From contig NC_018012.1 in the NCBI RefSeq assembly GCF_000227745.2, forward strand, positions 1,179,478 through 1,211,477: 32,000 nucleotides of DNA, given 5' to 3'. A program made the position numbers and the translations under genes. The notes beneath the pieces were generated by a model that was not told the origin of the DNA, ran no database searches, and worked only from the letters and a program-made list of their open reading frames with translations. Position 1 is the stretch's first letter; the number at the start of each line of letters is the position of its first letter. Of this stretch, positions 25,306-32,000 are shown one piece after another. Origin of the DNA: Thiocystis violascens DSM 198 (GTDB lineage Bacteria > Pseudomonadota > Gammaproteobacteria > Chromatiales > Chromatiaceae).

Positions 25306-25337
25306 GTGTCGCAGGTCCGAGTCCGCCAGACAGCGGT

Positions 25338-25940
25338 TCAAATTGCACTTTCAGACGACGGGATCTCGGGCCATTGGATTTCCAGCCCGGCGATGGCGGA
25401 CACGGCGGTCGTGCCTTCCAGTTCCACCACGTCCGGCTTGCCGAAGGCGCCCTGCTCGCCGAGCCGGTAGATGGTCAACACGCGGTCGATCGGATGCAGC
25501 AGCCAGTATTCGCGCACGCCATGATGTTCGTAGAGGGCACGCTTGCGGATCTGATCGTGGACAGCGCTGGAGGGCGAGAGGATTTCGACGACCCAGTCCG
25601 GCGCGCCGCGACAGCCTTTGTCGTCGAGCTTGGACGGGTCGCAGATGACGGCGACATCGGGTTGCACGACGGTGTCGACGCGCGCGTCGGCCTCCTCGCC
25701 CTTGGGCAGGCGCACGTCGAAGGGGGCGACATAGACGCGGCAATCCGAACTGGCCAGTTGCGGATGGATCTGCGCGGCGAATTCGACCACGAAATCCTGA
25801 TGCAGTCGCGTGGGCGCGGGCGCCATGGCGAAGGCAACGCCGTCGATGAGTTCCCAGCGCTGATCGTCGGGCCATTGGCAGTAATCGCCATAGGTGAAAT
25901 GACTCGCCATGATTGCGGATTGAGAAGCGGTTTGAGACAT
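25338..25940 (-). CDS. Uma2-family (DUF820) putative PD-(D/E)xK endonuclease
   Basis: From the ATG at 25940 (GGAG upstream): ..FTYGDYCQWPDDQRWELIDGV..APTRLHQ..VYVAPFDVRL..QPDVAVIC..APDWVVEILSPSS..DQIRKRALYEHHGVREYWLLHP. This matches the Uma2 pattern as I remember it. Confidence 0.8.
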   Translation of the reverse strand: MSQTASQSAIMASHFTYGDYCQWPDDQRWELIDGVAFAMAPAPTRLHQDFVVEFAAQIHPQLASSDCRVYVAPFDVRLPKGEEADARVDTVVQPDVAVICDPSKLDDKGCRGAPDWVVEILSPSSAVHDQIRKRALYEHHGVREYWLLHPIDRVLTIYRLGEQGAFGKPDVVELEGTTAVSAIAGLEIQWPEIPSSESAI

Positions 25941-26050
25941 CTTGACGACTCCATGGTTTCGGATGACAGCCACGTTCAGGGATACGCCGTTGTCGCGGGA
26001 TCGGCTGACCTGGTAGCCTTGCCGACCGCCTTCGCTGACGCGGTCTATTC

Positions 26051-27130
26051 TTGAAGAGTATGAACGATCGATCATCCTTGTCGCAAAATCCTCGCCCCCC
26101 GCGACGCCCTTTCGCCATCGGCCCCTACCAGTTCGCCAACAATCTGATTCTGGCGCCCATGGCAGGGATCACCGACCGCCCCTTTCGCACCCTCTGCCGG
26201 CGACTTGGCGCGGGGCTGGCGGTCGCCGAGATGGTCGCCGCCAACACCGCGCTCTGGGGTAGCCGCAAATCGCTCCGTCGACTCGATTATCGCGGCGAAC
26301 AAGGGCCGATCGCGGCGCAGATCGTCGGTTCCAACCCCGCCGAGATGGCCGAGGCCGCGAAGGTCAACGTGGGACTGGGCGCGCACATCATCGATATCAA
26401 CATGGGCTGTCCGGCGAAAAAGGTCTGCAAGGTCGCCGCCGGCTCCGCCCTGCTGCGCGATGAACTCCTGGTGGGACGGATTCTGGATGCCGTGGTCGCC
26501 GCCGTCGACGCGCCGGTGACGCTCAAGATCCGCACCGGCTGGTCGCCCGAGCACCGCAACGCGCTCCAGATCGCCCGCATCGCCCAGGAGGCCGGGATCG
26601 CCGCCCTCACGGTGCATGGCCGCACCCGCGCCTGTCACTATGGCGTCCCCGCCGAATACGACACGCTGCGCGCGATTCGGGAGTCGGTCGCGATGCCGCT
26701 GATCGCCAATGGCGACATCGCCACCGCCGCACAGGCAAGACGAATTCTGGACTCCACGGGTGCCGATGCTATTATGATTGGACGCGCGGCCCAGGGACGC
26801 CCCTGGATTTTCCGCGACATCGCCGCCGGCCTGGCCGCGGGCCTCGCGCCCGACGAGCCCGCAAGTGACGGGATCCATGCGCCATCCGGGATCCCTCCAA
26901 ACGATTGGATCAAGGATATCCTGAGCGCGCACCTCGAAGAGCTGTACCTGTTTTATGGCCCCCACGGGGTCCGCATCGCGCGCAAGCATATCGCCTGGTA
27001 TTGCCGGCACCTGCCCGGCGCGGCGAGCTTTAGAGAAGACATCAATCGAACGGAGACGCCGACGGACCAGTTGTCCAGGGTGCTCGCGTTTTTCGACCAA
27101 TGCCCCGACACGGAGAACCAAGCAGCATGA
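26051..27130 (+). CDS. dusB: tRNA-dihydrouridine synthase B
   Basis: LAPMAGITDRPFR, IDINMGCPAKKV, TVHGRTR and IANGDI are Dus signatures. ATGA overlap with fis, as in the classical dusB-fis operon. Exact start uncertain (26051 or 26060). Confidence 0.93.
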   Translation: MKSMNDRSSLSQNPRPPRRPFAIGPYQFANNLILAPMAGITDRPFRTLCRRLGAGLAVAEMVAANTALWGSRKSLRRLDYRGEQGPIAAQIVGSNPAEMAEAAKVNVGLGAHIIDINMGCPAKKVCKVAAGSALLRDELLVGRILDAVVAAVDAPVTLKIRTGWSPEHRNALQIARIAQEAGIAALTVHGRTRACHYGVPAEYDTLRAIRESVAMPLIANGDIATAAQARRILDSTGADAIMIGRAAQGRPWIFRDIAAGLAAGLAPDEPASDGIHAPSGIPPNDWIKDILSAHLEELYLFYGPHGVRIARKHIAWYCRHLPGAASFREDINRTETPTDQLSRVLAFFDQCPDTENQAA

Positions 27131-27432
27131 AGACAGCGGCTGCGCAACACGCATCGGAACCACCGCAGTCGGCGGGGCTGCGCGTGGTGGAGACGGATCG
27201 CACGGATCCCCTGAGCCTGTGCGTTCGGAGCGCCCTGCGGTTTTACCTCGACAACATGGCGGATCACGAGATCACCGGACTTTATGGTCTGGTCATGGAA
27301 GAGGTCGAACGGCCGCTCTTCGAGACCGTCCTGAACCACGCCGACGGCAACCTCAGCCACGCCTCCAGAATGCTCGGCATGACGCGCAGTACCCTGCGCA
27401 AGCGACTCAGCGATTACGGCATCGAACGCTGA
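27127..27432 (+). CDS. fis: DNA-binding protein Fis
   Basis: C-terminal HTH GNLSHASRMLGMTRSTLRKRLSDYGI. LYGLVMEEVERPLFETVL. ATG at 27127 overlaps the dusB stop. Confidence 0.93.
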   Translation: MKTAAAQHASEPPQSAGLRVVETDRTDPLSLCVRSALRFYLDNMADHEITGLYGLVMEEVERPLFETVLNHADGNLSHASRMLGMTRSTLRKRLSDYGIER

Positions 27433-27457
27433 ATGGCACCTGACAACCGACCACTTA

Positions 27458-27645
27458 GGCGATTTCCGGAAAAGTTCATACCCACTTTCGTGGTGACATT
27501 GCATCCGTTCGTGGTGAGCTGGTCGAACCATGAACGGATGCAATGTCGGCCTCGGAGCGCGATTTTCCGGTCATCTTCGACCCTTCGGCTCCGCTCAGGA
27601 CTCAGGACGAACGGAAAATCGGTAAAGTCTTTCCCGTAAATCACC
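27458..27645 (-). repeat. MITE-like two-hairpin repeat, copy E (inverted relative to A and C)
   Basis: Terminal inverted repeats GGCGATTTCCGGAAAAG (left) and CTTTCCCGTAAATCACC (right). Both hairpins are present. Flanked by TTA (27455-57) and TTA (27646-48). Confidence 0.85.
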
Positions 27646-27677
27646 TTAAAAGCAACCCCCAAACCCGGACCTCCCAC

Positions 27678-29237
<1,560 letters not shown>

Positions 29238-29253
29238 AACCGCGTCCGGTCTG

Positions 29254-29275
29254 GCATGCGCGGCTTTGCGCATGC
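29254..29275 (+). terminator. possible stem-loop after purH (GCATGCGC-GGCTTT-GCGCATGC)
   Basis: Perfect 8-bp stem 17 nt after the purH stop. No following T-run, so it is a weak intrinsic terminator at best. Confidence 0.25.
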
Positions 29276-29430
29276 ATTCCAGCTTCATCCACACCAATAC
29301 AGGTCGTCACTGACGCGCTTTGAATGATTGATCAAATTCATTTTTTGAACCGCGCCAGCGCGGACCTTCATTGGCGGGCGCAAGACCGCGCCAGTGCGCG
29401 GGGCCAGCGGGTCACGGAGGGCGCGGTTCG

Positions 29431-30207
29431 ATGAGGATCCATCCGACGGCCATCATCGAGGATGGCGCCCGCCTGCATGAATCCGTGACGGTCGGCCCCT
29501 ATTCGATCGTCGAGTCCGGGGCTGTGATCGGCGAGGGTTGCCGTCTCGACAGCTGCGTGCGCATCTATGCCAACACCCGCCTGGGCGCGGAGAACCGCGT
29601 CTGTCATGGCACGACACTCGGATCCGAACCGCAGGATCTCAGTTTCACGCCCGACAAGGCCCGCCCGCTCGTCATCGGCGACCGCAATCACTTCAAAGAA
29701 GGGGTCAACATCAGTTGCGGCATCAAGTCCGAGGACGGGACGCGCATCGGCGACGACAATTACTGGATGGCCTTTTCGCACGCGGGTCATGACTGCATCG
29801 TCGGAGATCGCAACATCTTCGCCAATACGGCCACGCTGGCCGGACACGTCGAGGTCGGCGATCGCGTCTTTCTGTCCGGTCAGGTCGCCGTGCATCAATT
29901 CTGCCGCATCGGCTCCTATGCCATGGTCGCCGGCGTCACCGGGGTGGCTCAGGACGTTCCGCCTTTCGCCCTGGCCGACGGTCATCGCGCCAGAATGCTT
30001 GGACTCAATGTCGTTGGGCTCAGACGCAACGGTTTCAGCCAGGAGCAGCGCAAACGGATCAAGGAGGTCTATCGTCTGGTCTTTCGCTCCGGTCTGCGGC
30101 TGGCCGAGGCGCTGGTCCGCGCCGAACACGAATATCCCGGACCGGAAACCGAACAGATCGTGCAATTCATCCAGTCCAGCCGGCGCGGTCTGATTTCGTT
30201 CGCTTAG
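29431..30207 (+). CDS. lpxA: LpxA-like acyl-ACP--UDP-N-acetylglucosamine O-acyltransferase (paralogue outside the lpxD-fabZ-lpxA-lpxB context)
   Basis: Collinear with E. coli LpxA as I recall it: IHPTAII, hexapeptide repeats, [16 protein letters not shown] (catalytic His region), [48 protein letters not shown] at the C-terminus. ATG at 29431 with GGAGG upstream. Confidence 0.8.
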   Translation: MRIHPTAIIEDGARLHESVTVGPYSIVESGAVIGEGCRLDSCVRIYANTRLGAENRVCHGTTLGSEPQDLSFTPDKARPLVIGDRNHFKEGVNISCGIKSEDGTRIGDDNYWMAFSHAGHDCIVGDRNIFANTATLAGHVEVGDRVFLSGQVAVHQFCRIGSYAMVAGVTGVAQDVPPFALADGHRARMLGLNVVGLRRNGFSQEQRKRIKEVYRLVFRSGLRLAEALVRAEHEYPGPETEQIVQFIQSSRRGLISFA

Positions 30208-31404
30208 AGGGTGTAGACAAAAATAATTGAGCTGCTATTTGTATACCAGTCTACAACTGAGCTGGTGTGCGCTGATGTCGAAAGCTGGTCGTCCCCCCAA
30301 GATTCACGAGGCGGAGCAAGCGGTATTGCGTCAAATTGTCACGGATCGCCCGACCTCCACGCTGTCAGAGATTGCCCGGGAACTCGCGGCACGGACGGGA
30401 ATCGAGGCTCATGAAGCAACGATTCGCAAGTCCTTGCGGGAGGCGGGCGTCACGCGCCTCCGGGGCGAGAGTGGTCTCGAGGCGCAAGCGCGCGCAACGC
30501 CGCGTCGGTATGGGTATACGGATGCGCATCGTCGCCACGACCCCGACCAAAGCTACCCAAGTTGTCTGACCGATGCGGAGTGGGACTTGGTCGCCGCTCT
30601 CTTTGAGATGCCGGGCGGGCGGGGTCAACCGCCCCGCGTGTCGCGCCGGAGCATCCTGGAGGCGTGTTGCTACGTGGTGCGCACGGGGTGCGCGTGGCGG
30701 ATGCTGCCGCACGATTTCGCGCCTTGGCAGAATGTCTACAAGACGTTTCGCCGTTGGAGTGCGGCTGGGAAGTTTGAGCAGATGCATGATCGACTGCGGG
30801 GGCAATGGCGCGAACGCGAGGGGCGTGAGATCGCGCCGACGGCGGCGGTGCTGGATGCGCAATCGACCCGCGGCTCGCCGCAGGGTGGACCGAGCGGCTT
30901 TGATGCGGGCAAGCAGGTCAAGGGGCGCAAGCGCAGCCTGGTGGTCGATACCTTGGGGGTCGTGTTTGCGGTTGAGCCGTGGTCGCGGGCTATCTTCAGG
31001 ACCGCGATGCCCGCCTCGGGCGCCGTTCGCTGACGCGGCCGCCAAGTACCCCCAGATCAACACGCTGTTTGTCGATAGCGCCTACGCCCGGTCAATTTGC
31101 CCAAACCACCGAGCAGACCCACGCGATCCGCGTGGAAGTCGTGCGCCATCCAGCCAACAAAAGCGTTGGCTCCTGGCACGTGACGGGGCGCCTGACCGAG
31201 TGGTGATCGCCAACGCCGACGGCTTCGTTCCGCTGCCGAAGCGCTGGGTTGTCGAGCGCACCCATGCGTGGAATGAGCGTGCCCGTCGATTGATCATGCA
31301 TCATGACCGTCTGCCAGCGGTCTCCGAAACCTGGGTTTGGCTGGCGGAGGCGCGCATCCTGCTGCGGCGGTTGACCACAACGGTTTGATTTTGTCTACAC
31401 CCTC
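30207..31404 (+). mobile_element. IS5-family insertion sequence, copy 2 (1,198 bp, inverted relative to copy 1, degenerate)
   Basis: Same 16-bp terminal repeats (30207-30222 and 31389-31404). Flanked by TTA (30204-30206 and 31405-31407). Its first G completes the TAG stop of the lpxA-like gene. Confidence 0.9.
30275..31388 (+). pseudogene. IS5-family transposase pseudogene (multiple frameshifts)
   Basis: The translation is identical to copy 1 up to ..SLVVDTLG and again from ..DRVVIANADGFVPLPKRW to the end. The reading frame breaks in between (ORFs 30227..31033 and 30573..31388 lie in different frames). Hand alignment shows five 1-bp insertions, one 1-bp deletion and at least four substitutions within ~30,958-31,185. 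Confidence 0.85.
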
Positions 31405-31496
31405 TTAGAAAGTGTCTACTAACTGTTTCCCGACTTGAGCGGCACTGTCCGGCCGCCATCGGGACGTCGAAAATGGACAGTTGCTAAATGACGATC

Positions 31497-31635
31497 TCAC
31501 GCGGAGGCGCGGAGTGCGCGGAGAAAGACAGGATGAATGATGGGGACGGCCTCCAAGGGGCTTCCCGATGGCAATCGCTCGGCATGAGCCGTGAGACCGC
31601 TTCCGACTCTCCGCGCACTCCGCGCCTCCGCGTGA
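31497..31635. repeat. palindromic element with perfect 28-bp arms (TCACGCGGAGGCGCGGAGTGCGCGGAGA / reverse complement), 83-nt spacer
   Basis: Arms at 31497-31524 and 31608-31635 are exact reverse complements. Confidence 0.85.
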
Positions 31636-31687
31636 AACATTAAAAAGTATCCATCAACGGTTTCCCAACTTGAGCGGCACTGTCCCC

Positions 31688-32000
31688 ATGAACATTCTGA
31701 TCGTCGGCAACGGCGGACGCGAACACGCGCTGGCCTGGAAGGTCGCGCAGTCACCCCTGACGGACCGGGTCTTCGTCGCCCCCGGCAACGGCGGAACCGC
31801 CCGCGAACCCGGCGTGGAGAACGTGCCGATCGCCGCCGATGACATCCCCGCCCTGCTGCATTTCGCCACCGGGCAAGCGATCGGACTAACCATCGTCGGC
31901 CCCGAGGCGCCGCTGGTCGCGGGCCTTGTCGACGCCTTCGAGGCCGCCGGACTGCCCTGCTTCGGTCCGCGCCGGGAGGCAGCTCAACTCGAAGGCTCGA
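31688..32000 (+). CDS. purD: phosphoribosylamine--glycine ligase (5' partial, runs off the window)
   Basis: My own translation from the ATG at 31688: MNILIVGNGGREHALAWKVAQSP..VFVAPGNGGTA..IGLTIVGPEAPLVAGLVDAF..GLPCFGP. This is the canonical PurD N-terminus. No stop before the window end, so it is absent from the ORF track. Confidence 0.9.
   Translation, partial: MNILIVGNGGREHALAWKVAQSPLTDRVFVAPGNGGTAREPGVENVPIAADDIPALLHFATGQAIGLTIVGPEAPLVAGLVDAFEAAGLPCFGPRREAAQLEGS

Noticed and set aside
15046-27645. Possibility that the recurring hairpin repeats form a CRISPR array
   Set aside because: The copies are kilobases apart, in both orientations, of different lengths, and separated by genes. There are no regularly spaced short repeats and no cas genes.
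27433-27677. Purine or ZTP-type riboswitch, or a PurR box, upstream of purH; likewise upstream of purD (31408-31687)
   Set aside because: The whole fis-purH gap is accounted for by MITE copy E, and the purD upstream region by the palindromic element. I could not see the conserved ZTP (pfl) core or an ACGCAAACGTTTGCGT-like PurR operator.
29349-29402. Two similar short GC hairpins (ACCGCGCCAGCGCGG and ACCGCGCCAGTGCGCGG) upstream of the lpxA-like gene
   Set aside because: The stems are very short (5-6 bp) in GC-rich DNA, easily explained by chance, and not seen elsewhere in the window.

Overview
GC-rich proteobacterial chromosomal window. The backbone is a housekeeping synteny block that I recall from Pseudomonas-type gammaproteobacteria: cutA-dsbD ... 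aroQ-accB-accC-prmA-dusB-fis-purH-purD, all on the + strand. Upstream on the - strand lies a gene string of fxsA, a lipoprotein, a membrane protein, a VOC protein and an FHA-EAL protein. Accessory DNA interrupts the backbone at four junctions. (i) Between dsbD and aroQ: a TlpA-like thioredoxin and a 1,050-aa AAA_16/COG3899-type ATPase with no recognisable effector domain. (ii) On the accC stop codon: a 1,194-bp IS5-family element. (iii) Between prmA and dusB: a ~10-kb island. It carries a Type III-like restriction-modification pair (a ~1,072-aa beta-class Mod with a low-GC target-recognition cassette and a 940-aa SF2-helicase/PD-ExK Res), an IS630-family element with an A7 frameshift site, a class I SAM methyltransferase and a Uma2-family nuclease. 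(iv) Between purH and purD: an lpxA paralogue and a second, inverted, degenerate copy of the IS5-family element. Most of the larger intergenic gaps hold one of three repeat families: a two-hairpin MITE-like element with T(T/A)A flanks, a GTAGGGGCGAATTCATTCGCC REP doublet, and a GTAGGAGCCCGCTTGCGGGCGAC REP doublet. A palindrome with 28-bp arms lies upstream of purD. I saw no rRNA, tRNA or CRISPR array. I cannot show from sequence alone that any system here is new. The best follow-up candidates are the oversized Mod/Res pair with its mosaic TRD, the methyltransferase/Uma2 pair, the orphan ATPase, and the structured hairpin repeat family, one copy of which has an 11-bp target-site duplication. 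All family assignments rest on motif recognition by eye; no database search was possible.
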